From a virus (Duplodnaviria > Caudoviricetes): DNA of 64,000 bases. The notes under the pieces are model-generated. The model saw only the letters and a program-made list of their open reading frames with translations. It was not told where the DNA came from and made no database searches. The position numbers and the translations under genes are program-made. The stretch covers positions 1,579-65,578 of the IMG/VR virus record IMGVR_UViG_3300025387_000018; one strand, given 5' to 3'. The first letter of the stretch is position 1, and every line of letters begins with the position of its first letter. Positions 25,964 to 35,755 of this stretch are shown piece after piece.

Positions 25964-27926
25964 GTATTACACAGCTGAAGTAAGAAGTGTAAAAGATCCA
26001 TGGGAATCTGGCAGAGTTCAAGTTCGTATCTATGGTATGCATGACGATGAACAGAATATCAAAGACGAAGACCTTCCATGGGCAACTCCTTTACAACCTA
26101 TCTATTCTGCAGCAACAGGAAGAATAGGAACATCACCAACTGGTATGATTGTTGGCTCAAGAGTAATAGTATTTTTTATTGATGAAGAACAACAATATCC
26201 TGTTATTCTTGGAACATTTGCTCGTGCCGGTAAACAGAAAACCGAAGAAGATAATACTCTTGGTAAAGATGATATAGACGATACTTATAGTGATGTTCCA
26301 ATGCAAGCCAGAGGATCTCAGTCAAATCCTCGCAACCAAAGATCAAAATTAACTGATCAGAATGCACAAGACGTAACACAAAATGATGACAAATACAATA
26401 AAGCACATCATGTTGAAGAATCAGAAGGCGAAGAACTAACAAACAAAGCAAAAAAGAAATATTCTAAATCTGCTAATCTAGCAACTATCGCCAGTGCTAA
26501 TCAGTCATCTGATTTGATGAGTATGATTTTAAAAGTTGATCCTCAAAATAAAAGCGGAGCACTTCCGCAAGCACCAAAAAACATTCAACAAATACTTCAA
26601 CTATCAAATATGACAAGTATGTCTGGAATTAATGGCCTAATGAGTGGTGGCCTTGGTGGCATAATGGGAATGCTATCAAATGAACTTGGTCTTGGTGAAA
26701 TGGTTGGTCAGTTAAGCGGTATGATGGGTGGAATTATGAGTGGTGGAGGAGGAGGTGGCGGCGGAGGCGGAGGAGCTCCTGCTGGTGCTTCTGGACCATA
26801 CGCTGGAGGTTCTGGAACTGAGACTTATACTTATTATGTACCACAGACAATAGGAACAATCGCAGCGACTGCAGCAGATATTTTAAATATGTTAGGTGGT
26901 TCTGTCACATCAACAGATCAGATTGCATCGCTCACAGCTTTACAGAAAGAAGCTCTCTATACTGCTTTATTGGATATGATGAATAGAGTTGCTCCAAAGT
27001 ATGATGTTACCACAACAGTAACAGCAAATATTTCTGGTAATTCTTTTTATGTATTGGCTCCACCATATAGTGGAATTACTGCAACTGAAATTGTTGGTGG
27101 AGTTCCTGTGATTAAAGTAACAACGGCAAACACTTTTCCTGCAGCTCAGTTGCCAGGAGATTTGGTTGATTTTACTTCTGTTCCTAATGGTTATTTTCAA
27201 GTATTTACTTATTCTAGTACTGATCCTTATCCTGGTTATATTGAATGGGAAGGACCAAACGGAGAATTAATATTCTCACCAAGACCACCAACCATGCCAT
27301 ACGCTCAACATCCAAATGAAGATGCAGTAAATGCTGGAATATTTGCCATGATTACTGATTTATCAAAACTTGTTACCCTCAAACAAACAACATTAGTTGC
27401 TATGACTGGAATAATGGATAAAGGCAACGGCGCTGTTCAGAATCAAGGATTGAACAATTCTATGGGTAATGGAGCTGGAGGTGATGGCGCTATGGCGATT
27501 GCTCAACAGTTACTTGGTTTGTTGGGGCAATTATTACAGATGGCACAACAAAATCATTTACCAAATTCTGTATTAAGTCAAGGCAGTATGCAACAAACTT
27601 TACAGAATATGTCAAAACAGATGAGTTTTGCTAAAAGAAAAAAAGATGCAGCAAAACAGGCGGTACAACAAAAGAACCAAAAACCACAAGGAACTGCTGA
27701 TCAGGGTCAGGGTCTTCTGGCTTATGGTCAAGGTCAAACAGAAAATGGAGCAGTTATTGGTGGACAACGTGGTATTGCTGGTGTTGGTGGTTTGAATGTT
27801 GGTAATCCATCTTTACCGACTTTTGCGGCAAATCCAGCTCTAGATGGTGGTATAGCTGCAGCTTCTGTCAGCGAAGGTTCAGCTGCAACTCCATCATCAA
27901 ATTTCTCAGTAAGTACAGGCAAATAA
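25947..27926 (+). CDS. gp5: gp5 N-terminal OB-fold plus long Gly/Met/Gln-rich extension, no lysozyme domain
   Basis: V...DP...GRV.VRI.G.H....LPWA.P..P..SA....G.SP.G...GS.V..FF.D...Q.P..LGT. Confidence 0.8.
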   Translation: MGLMNKYYTAEVRSVKDPWESGRVQVRIYGMHDDEQNIKDEDLPWATPLQPIYSAATGRIGTSPTGMIVGSRVIVFFIDEEQQYPVILGTFARAGKQKTEEDNTLGKDDIDDTYSDVPMQARGSQSNPRNQRSKLTDQNAQDVTQNDDKYNKAHHVEESEGEELTNKAKKKYSKSANLATIASANQSSDLMSMILKVDPQNKSGALPQAPKNIQQILQLSNMTSMSGINGLMSGGLGGIMGMLSNELGLGEMVGQLSGMMGGIMSGGGGGGGGGGGAPAGASGPYAGGSGTETYTYYVPQTIGTIAATAADILNMLGGSVTSTDQIASLTALQKEALYTALLDMMNRVAPKYDVTTTVTANISGNSFYVLAPPYSGITATEIVGGVPVIKVTTANTFPAAQLPGDLVDFTSVPNGYFQVFTYSSTDPYPGYIEWEGPNGELIFSPRPPTMPYAQHPNEDAVNAGIFAMITDLSKLVTLKQTTLVAMTGIMDKGNGAVQNQGLNNSMGNGAGGDGAMAIAQQLLGLLGQLLQMAQQNHLPNSVLSQGSMQQTLQNMSKQMSFAKRKKDAAKQAVQQKNQKPQGTADQGQGLLAYGQGQTENGAVIGGQRGIAGVGGLNVGNPSLPTFAANPALDGGIAAASVSEGSAATPSSNFSVSTGK

Positions 27927-27927
27927 T

Positions 27928-28845
27928 ATGTCATCTGCAAATAACAACCAGAAACTACCAAATACAGACATTAAGGTTGAATATCCTTGGTGCCAAGTAA
28001 CACAGTATTTGAGTGGTCATGAAGAGATTTGGAACAACACCCCAAATAATGAACTTATTAGAATGGCTCACTCCACTGGAACATATAAAGAGTGGGGACA
28101 AGATGGCGCCGAGAGAAAACTTGTAGTAGGATCCAGACATAAAGTTGTTGCAAAAGGCCAGTCTACTTCAGTAGAAGGCCAACATGATATATTAAATCTA
28201 GAGAATTTAAGAAAAGTTGTTCTTGGTGATGATCACTCAGAGGGTGCTAAAAATTACACAAGAGCATATAATCAGAATTTATTACATTTAGCGAAGAATG
28301 AACATTTCCACTATAGTGGAGCAGGTGATTCTGGAATAGGTTCGCAAGACGATTTCGTTCATTATATTGGTTCTGATGATTCTCAAACAAGTCATCATTT
28401 ATATAATGCAGGTGATCACACCCAATTTACAGGCGGTAATCGTTATTTTCAGACAGCTGGCGAAGATGGCCATTATGTTCAGGGAAATTGGGATACACAG
28501 ACAGACAAAAAGGCTAGATTGTTTTCAAATGGTGCTATGTTAGTTTCGACTAACAATACCTGGGATGCTGCTTCATCCAAAGCAATGACTTTGACTTCTA
28601 AAGATACTCTTACTGCGAATTCACAGAAAGACATGACTCTAAATAGTCAGCAGGACATTACTATTGAAGCGCAACAAACTATTACAATAAAGGTGGGGCA
28701 ATCATCTATAACAATTTCTAGTGATAAAATTGAAATTAAATCATCGCAAATTAAAATTACTGCACAGGGTGAACTTGACCTTAATGGTCATCCAGTCAAG
28801 ATTAATGGTGGCGGCATGAATTCACCACCAGTAACGTTCCCATAA
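27928..28845 (+). CDS. gp5 C-terminal beta-helix spike
   Basis: EYP....T.SGH....N.TP....I...H.TGT; 8-residue beta repeats. Confidence 0.75.
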   Translation: MSSANNNQKLPNTDIKVEYPWCQVTQYLSGHEEIWNNTPNNELIRMAHSTGTYKEWGQDGAERKLVVGSRHKVVAKGQSTSVEGQHDILNLENLRKVVLGDDHSEGAKNYTRAYNQNLLHLAKNEHFHYSGAGDSGIGSQDDFVHYIGSDDSQTSHHLYNAGDHTQFTGGNRYFQTAGEDGHYVQGNWDTQTDKKARLFSNGAMLVSTNNTWDAASSKAMTLTSKDTLTANSQKDMTLNSQQDITIEAQQTITIKVGQSSITISSDKIEIKSSQIKITAQGELDLNGHPVKINGGGMNSPPVTFP

Positions 28846-28857
28846 GAAAGAAGAAAA

Positions 28858-29283
28858 ATGACAGTCACCAGAGCAGATACTATTACACAGAATACAAAAC
28901 AGGCTGAATATTTTTCAGACTTTTTGGACTCATTTGCCTCTTCACCATATAGTGGTAATTTGGCCAAAGTAACAAATGAAAATTCTGTGAGGCAATCTGT
29001 GAAAAATCTAGTATTAACAAATATTGGGGAAAGGTTCTTTCAGCCAAACGTTGGAACGAATGTTAATAAGTCTTTGTTTGAACCAAACGATATAACCACT
29101 GTTTTAGATCTTCAATTGTATATTGAGAATGTTATACGATATTATGAAAAAAGAGTTAAGGAATTACATGTTAGTGTTATTCCTTCAGAAAATGACAGTT
29201 ATTTGATTGTGAACATAATTTTTTCTATAATAAATAATCCAAATCCCATTGATTTAACGCTAAATCTTAAAAGAGTCCGATAA
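28858..29283 (+). CDS. gp25: baseplate wedge / sheath initiator
   Basis: SV..S.KNL.LT..GER.FQP..G....LFE, YE.RV. Confidence 0.92.
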   Translation: MTVTRADTITQNTKQAEYFSDFLDSFASSPYSGNLAKVTNENSVRQSVKNLVLTNIGERFFQPNVGTNVNKSLFEPNDITTVLDLQLYIENVIRYYEKRVKELHVSVIPSENDSYLIVNIIFSIINNPNPIDLTLNLKRVR

Positions 29284-31118
29284 TGGCCGCAAATAGCACC
29301 TTAGACCTTACTAGTCTAGATTTTGATAATCTTAAAAATAATTTTGTTACTTATCTAAAATCTCAGACAACTTTCAGAGACTACGATTATACTGGCTCCA
29401 ATATGAACGTTCTTCTGGACGTTATGTCATATAATACATATCTCAATTCCTTCTATCTCAATATGGTAGCTTCTGAGATGTTTATGGATTCTGCTCAGAA
29501 ACTAGATTCAGTAGTATCTCATGCCAAAGAATTAAACTATGTTCCGCAGTCTTATAAATCATCAACTGCGAATGTTAATATCGTATTCAATACCATAGGT
29601 TTGAGTGGTAAATTAACTGTACCTCAAGGAACAATATTTACTGGTTCTAATTCGAATGGAACTTTTACATTTGTTACTTCATATACTGCAACCTTTACTT
29701 CTGCCAATGATGTATATTATGCCAACAATGTAGAGTTATTCCAAGGCAGTTACATAAACCAATCTTTTGTTGTTGATTACACAATAGAAAATCAAAGATT
29801 TATTCTTTCAAACCCAAACATCGATCTCAGTTCATTGACTGTTAATGTTATTGAAGGAAACGGTAATTCGAATAATATCTTCTCGCAAGCCACAAACCTG
29901 TATGGTCTCAATAACAATTCAGATATATATTTTCTACAGGCATCACAAAATAGTTTATATGAATTAACATTTGGCGACGGTGTTTATGGAAGAATTCCAC
30001 AAAATGGCGCTGTTGTCAATGTTAATTACAGAATATGTAGCGGTCCAGATGCAGATGGTGTTTCAAAATTCCAGCTTTCTCAAAATTTAAACAAAGTGAA
30101 TAATGGAACTGTTAATGTTGGTTCTTTGACTCCTCTTGCGAATTCTATTGGTGGAGCCACAGCTGAAGGTTTAGAGAGTATAAGATTCAGAGCACCAAGA
30201 TGGTATGCTACCCAGGAGCGTGGCGTTTCTAACGATGACTATAAATCATTAATTCTTGCTGAATATGGATCATATATTGAAGATATTAGCGTGTTTGGTG
30301 GTCAAGAAATTGAACCCAAACAATATGGCGCTGTTGTGGTTTCAATCAAACCAAATGGCGCAACTATTGTTCCAAATTACCTTAAAAATGAAATAACCAA
30401 TTATATGTCTGACAAATCTCAGATGAGAATTGTAATGAAAGATCCGGATTACTTGTATGTAAGAGTTGATTCTACTATCAACTACAATCCAACACAAACT
30501 ACATTATTCGTTAATGATATTCAAAATCTAGTATTAAATAATATTATGAATTTCTCTGCAACAAATTTAGAACATTTTAATAATAATTTTAGATATAGTA
30601 GATTTACTGCTAATATTGATACGGCAGAACCAAGTATAATTTCCAATCAAACAAAAATATATCTTGCTAAAAGATTATCTCCTTTGTTAAATTATACAAC
30701 TTCTATTTCATTCAGTTTTAACAATGCAGCAGATATTGAAACGCCAAATCCAACTATTGGTTATGTTCCTTATACACCATTTTCTGATGAACCAGTTTTG
30801 ACTTCTTCATCATTCACATATGTCGACCCAACAACTGGTGTAAATTATCCTCTTTCTTACATAAGAGATGATAATGTTGGGAATTTAGTAGTATTTGCTG
30901 TCGTAAATGGAATATTTACTATTCTCAATAGTAATTTTGGAACAATTCAATACTCAACTGGTACAATAAGTATATCTACTTTAATTACTTCTTATTACGA
31001 TCAATATATTTCAATATATATGAAAACATTAAATAAAGATATTATGGTAAATAAAAATCAAATATTATTGATTGAACCAATAGATGTAACAATTAACGCA
31101 ATAGGCACATCAAACTAA
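29283..31118 (+). CDS. gp6: baseplate wedge subunit
   Basis: LDFD.LK....YLK.Q..F.DYD..GS....LLD, E.F.DSA....SVVSHAK.L.Y.P.S, Q.R.V...DY. Confidence 0.95.
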   Translation: MAANSTLDLTSLDFDNLKNNFVTYLKSQTTFRDYDYTGSNMNVLLDVMSYNTYLNSFYLNMVASEMFMDSAQKLDSVVSHAKELNYVPQSYKSSTANVNIVFNTIGLSGKLTVPQGTIFTGSNSNGTFTFVTSYTATFTSANDVYYANNVELFQGSYINQSFVVDYTIENQRFILSNPNIDLSSLTVNVIEGNGNSNNIFSQATNLYGLNNNSDIYFLQASQNSLYELTFGDGVYGRIPQNGAVVNVNYRICSGPDADGVSKFQLSQNLNKVNNGTVNVGSLTPLANSIGGATAEGLESIRFRAPRWYATQERGVSNDDYKSLILAEYGSYIEDISVFGGQEIEPKQYGAVVVSIKPNGATIVPNYLKNEITNYMSDKSQMRIVMKDPDYLYVRVDSTINYNPTQTTLFVNDIQNLVLNNIMNFSATNLEHFNNNFRYSRFTANIDTAEPSIISNQTKIYLAKRLSPLLNYTTSISFSFNNAADIETPNPTIGYVPYTPFSDEPVLTSSSFTYVDPTTGVNYPLSYIRDDNVGNLVVFAVVNGIFTILNSNFGTIQYSTGTISISTLITSYYDQYISIYMKTLNKDIMVNKNQILLIEPIDVTINAIGTSN

Positions 31119-31119
31119 T

Positions 31120-33684
31120 ATGTCATTACCCGTAGAAAAATTTATATCAAATTTTGTTCAAAATCAGTTCCCTTCTTTTTACGAGAAAGAAGGACCAAAC
31201 TTTATTCTTTTTTTACAGGCGTACTACGAGTGGCTAGAAAAAGATGGTAATGTAATAGCAGAAGCGAGAAATCTTTTCGAATACAGAGATATTGATACAA
31301 CTCCATCAAACACAATACAAGATTTTCTTGTTTATTTCCAAAAGAAATATCTGTATGGAATTCCATATAGTATTATATCTAATAAAAAGTTCTTATTAAA
31401 ACACATATTAGATATCTATCGCTCCAAGGGAACAGATAGATGTTATGAGTTGTTGTTCAGATTAATTTATAATGAAGACATAGAAATTTATAGACCAAGT
31501 TATGATATGTTAAAGGTATCAGATGGAACTTGGATTGAACCAAAATATATTGAAGTAACCAATTCTCCAGTTCTCAACTCCTTGAGAGGAGTTCAAGTAG
31601 TCGGAACTATTTCCAACACAGTTGGTATGGTAGAGAGCGTAAATATAGAACCTCTTAACAACAACATTACATGTAGTTTATATATTTCTAACATAATACC
31701 AAAAGGTGCAGATTTCGTAATAGGCGAATCAATTATCAATTACGCAAATAATGCAGCTTATAATATTTTTGAAGCTCCAGAGGTTATTGGTTCAACTGCT
31801 AATGTTACTATCATCAACGGTGGTGATGGGTTTAATGTTGGTGATATTCTTTCTATAGCCAGTTTTGATCCAACAACTGGGAAACCAGTTTCTTATGGAG
31901 TTGGTGGTAAATTAAAAGTTACAAAAACATCAAGATCACAAGGAACACTTGAATATTATATCATCGAAAGTGGAGCTGGTATTACACCAAACACCTCCAT
32001 ATATTTTTACAAAGCACTTGGTGACAATTCTGGATATGGTGCATCATTCAATCTTGGACCATTATCATTCGTTAAAAATTACACATATAATACCGATTTG
32101 ATTTATGACTACAAAGACACTGTTTTTAATGCAACAACATATAATTTCCCAGGAGATCCTTCTGGTAATGGTTCTATTGGTTTGGTCACAGGTGGTTATG
32201 CTATCTATGATCTCTTGTCATATTCTAATAATAATTTTGGATCTGTTTATTCATTAACAAACATTAATCCAGGTAATAATTATATCTATTCTCCTGAGAT
32301 TTTCCTACGTTCTTCTTTGGTTTCGAAACCAATTAATATTGGAACAATAAGTTATAATAATGCTAATATTTATGTTCTAGAACTTGGAACAATATCTTAC
32401 AACACAACATCTAACACAATTACTGGAACAAGTACCACTTTTAGTAATATTTTTGCTAATGGTGATGTTATTGGAATACAAACAGCAAATACTGGTGGAA
32501 TACAAGAATACCATGTGATTTATACTGTTAATAGTAATACATCAATAACATTGACAGATAAACCTGTTAATAATTCTACGCCATTTTCAAAATATTATAA
32601 AGTTCCATATGTTGTTGGAACTGGTACTGGATTTACTTCTCTTTATAATGCAAATGATGTTATTGGTTTACAAGCAAACAGCGCTAATGCCACAACCTTA
32701 GAATTCCAGGTTATTCAAAAAGTAGTGAATGATAGTTTAATCATTCTTTATGGTTCTCCAAATAATAAATCAACTTCAACTGCTGAGTATTTCATAACGC
32801 CATCCCTGATGAGATCTCAATTTGCTTTATATGAACCGCCAATGTATATGACAGATGGAACAGTTCCTGGCGAAAACTCTTTTATTGGCGCTATTCCAAA
32901 TAATGGTAACAATATCGTAAGCCAAGCCATCGCATATGATTCAGGTAAAGGGTATCTACAAGGCGAAACGATTAATGCATATCTTTATGATGGTATTACA
33001 ACTCCAGAAGTTGTGCTGGGTGGGACTGGTTATGCTAATGGCGAACAGCTTGTGTTTACCGGTGGAACAACATCAGTCCAAGCTAATGGTTTTATCCAAA
33101 CAAACACTTCTGGTGGTATCGTACAATGCACCCTGATTAATATGGGAGCAAATTACACATATCCACCAATTATTAGTGTGGCAACAGCACATGGCGTTGG
33201 AGCTAACTTAGTTTCTTCTCTTGCGCCACCAACCATGCTCAACACATATAGTAAAATAACAGGAAAAATCAACAAAAAAGGAGTCGGCGTATCTCCTGGA
33301 TACTGGTCAACCACCAGAGGGTTCTTGAATTCGGATAAATATATACAAGACAGTTATTTCTACCAAGATTACTCGTATCAGATCAGGGCAGCTAGTGTAT
33401 TAGATAAATATAAGCAAATCATTTATAACACGTTCCATAGCTCTGGTATGGAACTTTTTGGTGATTATTTTAATGTAGATTCTGTGGCTTCTAGACAATC
33501 CCTTGTTGCTGAAATTTACGAAAAAGTTCATGAAGTATTCTTTTCTGTTGATACTACCAATTTCACAGTTGACAACGGATTAATTACAGCCGATGAATAT
33601 TATTTGAATGTAACCATGGACGAAACAGATTTCTCGATCGATAACGTATTCTTAACTGCAGACGCTACCTATTTGAGCTATTAA
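31120..33684 (+). CDS. gp7: baseplate wedge initiator, gp7-like
   Basis: QFP.F....PNF..FL.AYYEW, Y.SKGT, GY..TT.GFL.SDKY.QDS..YQD.SY. Confidence 0.75.
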   Translation: MSLPVEKFISNFVQNQFPSFYEKEGPNFILFLQAYYEWLEKDGNVIAEARNLFEYRDIDTTPSNTIQDFLVYFQKKYLYGIPYSIISNKKFLLKHILDIYRSKGTDRCYELLFRLIYNEDIEIYRPSYDMLKVSDGTWIEPKYIEVTNSPVLNSLRGVQVVGTISNTVGMVESVNIEPLNNNITCSLYISNIIPKGADFVIGESIINYANNAAYNIFEAPEVIGSTANVTIINGGDGFNVGDILSIASFDPTTGKPVSYGVGGKLKVTKTSRSQGTLEYYIIESGAGITPNTSIYFYKALGDNSGYGASFNLGPLSFVKNYTYNTDLIYDYKDTVFNATTYNFPGDPSGNGSIGLVTGGYAIYDLLSYSNNNFGSVYSLTNINPGNNYIYSPEIFLRSSLVSKPINIGTISYNNANIYVLELGTISYNTTSNTITGTSTTFSNIFANGDVIGIQTANTGGIQEYHVIYTVNSNTSITLTDKPVNNSTPFSKYYKVPYVVGTGTGFTSLYNANDVIGLQANSANATTLEFQVIQKVVNDSLIILYGSPNNKSTSTAEYFITPSLMRSQFALYEPPMYMTDGTVPGENSFIGAIPNNGNNIVSQAIAYDSGKGYLQGETINAYLYDGITTPEVVLGGTGYANGEQLVFTGGTTSVQANGFIQTNTSGGIVQCTLINMGANYTYPPIISVATAHGVGANLVSSLAPPTMLNTYSKITGKINKKGVGVSPGYWSTTRGFLNSDKYIQDSYFYQDYSYQIRAASVLDKYKQIIYNTFHSSGMELFGDYFNVDSVASRQSLVAEIYEKVHEVFFSVDTTNFTVDNGLITADEYYLNVTMDETDFSIDNVFLTADATYLSY

Positions 33685-33696
33685 AGGAGATAAAAG

Positions 33697-35748
33697 TTGA
33701 CCCAACAACTAATTAACATTGGATCAGTACCAAACGACGGCACAGGTGATCCACTACGCAATGCGATGAATAAAGTAAATCAGAATTTTACTGATTTATA
33801 TACTACGCCACTTGTTTCCGGTAATGTTAGCGTAGGTAATTCTACGGTCAACATTTTCGCAAACTCCACAACAATTGTAATTGGTAATACTACTGTCAAT
33901 TCAGTCGGCACTGGTTTATCATATTCATTGGCAAACACTTCAGGAACAACTACTGTAAATCCTATTTCGGTAACTGTTGCTGCTAATGGATCAAGTTTTG
34001 TTTCAGTTGGTAATTCTAGTATCAACTCTGTTATCAATTCTTCTTCTATTACTATCGGAAATACGACAGCAAATGCCACTACAGCAGCGACTTATAGAAC
34101 AATTTCAAATACAACTGGCATTGTTACTGTAAATCCAGTTTCTATTTCTATTGCAGCCAACGCTTCTAGTAATTTGTTTATTGGAAACAGCACTGTTAAC
34201 GCGACGATGAACACTTCTTCTATCGTTCTGCTTAATACTATCTCTAACGTTAGTGTTAATACAAGCACGATCTATATTGGAAACACACAGTCAAACAGTA
34301 TCGTAAACTCAATTGCGATTACTGCGAACGTTATTAACGCTGTTTCTTTAGTAAGTATTGGTCTATCTTCTGGCTATAACTTTGCTGGTATTACTGGTGG
34401 CATTGTCGGCGTAGAAGGTAACGGCAACGTAAACAACTATTTTGAGTTCGTGTCTCAGAACGCCAACACAGGCAACAATGCTACTACAGATCTTATTCTT
34501 ACTGCTGATTCTGGTAACGATTCTGTTAACTACATCGATCTTGGTATCAACGGTTCGAACTATAATCAGACAGCGTACAACATCGGCGGCGCTCTAGAAG
34601 GATATCTTTATTCTTCTAACAGTAGCCTTTCGATCGGTACTGCAGCCAACAACGGCACTATTAAGTTCCATGCCAATGGTACTACATCTACCGATCTTAA
34701 AGTAACTATCAGCGCTAACTCTTTGACTGTCGCAAATACAGTATTTGTTAACGGTAATAATGCCGTACTCCTTGGTTATGTTAACGCAGCAACTGTTATT
34801 GCTAATAATAATCTATATGTTGGTAACTCAACAGTTAATGCCGCTGTGACTTCTACTTCGTTGAATGTTGGTAACAGCACGGTGTATGCTGTGGCAAATT
34901 CTCTTGGCGTGTTTGCTGTGAATTCATCGATTCAAGCTACCAACGGTATGTATTCGACTGGCGTGTTTGGTGGAACTTACACAGACGGTATCATATTTGA
35001 TTACGTTACTGGCAATGGCCGTATCGCAGTTGGTTCTGCAGATGGTTTAAGTTTCTATACTAATGCTGTTACTGGCAATACTGCTGCTAACTTAATGATG
35101 GTTGTTAACTCAACTGGTCTTACGGTTAATGGTACAGTAACAACTACTGGTATTGGGTTTGGTGCTGGTTACCAGACAACTGGTGGTGGTACAGTCGTTA
35201 ACAGTTCTATTATTGGAACTGGTAACTCAACTGTCTATGCTTATTCTAACTCAACACACTTCTATTCTGGTAACTCAACAGTTTATGGTTTCGGTAACAA
35301 TACTGCTGACGTGCTAGTAAGTCCATCAGGAAACCTTGTACTAACACCAACATCAGTGACCATTAACTCAGCTTCCGGAACCGGAACTGTATTGGTAGGT
35401 AATTCTAGTTCTTGCACAAGCATTGGTATTGGAACCATAAGTGTGGTAAATGCTACTTTAAGCAGTAACACTCTTACTCTTGGTTCATCAACTAATGCCG
35501 CTAATGGTTATACATATCTACCAAATGGCATTCGTTTAATGTGGGGCTGGGTATCCGCAAATGCTACTGTTGGTTCAATTACATTCACTCCAGCGTTTGC
35601 TACTAATGCTTACTCAATTACTGCATCAAGTAATACTGCCGGTGCTACTTATGCTCCTGCTGTTACTGCATGGACAAAAGCTGCAGCTACTATATTAACT
35701 TCTAATGCAACTGCATCAAACGTGTTCTGGACAGCTATCGGAGTATAA
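33697..35748 (+). CDS. gp9/gp10-like baseplate-fibre connector with Asn/Ser/Thr-rich body (TTG start)
   Basis: INIG..PNDGTGD.LR.A..K.N.NF..LY N-terminus; GYTYLPNG....WG C-terminal domain; AAGGAG RBS. Confidence 0.75.
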   Translation: MTQQLINIGSVPNDGTGDPLRNAMNKVNQNFTDLYTTPLVSGNVSVGNSTVNIFANSTTIVIGNTTVNSVGTGLSYSLANTSGTTTVNPISVTVAANGSSFVSVGNSSINSVINSSSITIGNTTANATTAATYRTISNTTGIVTVNPVSISIAANASSNLFIGNSTVNATMNTSSIVLLNTISNVSVNTSTIYIGNTQSNSIVNSIAITANVINAVSLVSIGLSSGYNFAGITGGIVGVEGNGNVNNYFEFVSQNANTGNNATTDLILTADSGNDSVNYIDLGINGSNYNQTAYNIGGALEGYLYSSNSSLSIGTAANNGTIKFHANGTTSTDLKVTISANSLTVANTVFVNGNNAVLLGYVNAATVIANNNLYVGNSTVNAAVTSTSLNVGNSTVYAVANSLGVFAVNSSIQATNGMYSTGVFGGTYTDGIIFDYVTGNGRIAVGSADGLSFYTNAVTGNTAANLMMVVNSTGLTVNGTVTTTGIGFGAGYQTTGGGTVVNSSIIGTGNSTVYAYSNSTHFYSGNSTVYGFGNNTADVLVSPSGNLVLTPTSVTINSASGTGTVLVGNSSSCTSIGIGTISVVNATLSSNTLTLGSSTNAANGYTYLPNGIRLMWGWVSANATVGSITFTPAFATNAYSITASSNTAGATYAPAVTAWTKAAATILTSNATASNVFWTAIGV

Positions 35749-35755
35749 TAACTAA

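Noticed and set aside
27900-27940. Frameshift joining the two gp5 ORFs
   Set aside because: No slippery heptamer is visible, and TAA-T-ATG fits translational coupling.
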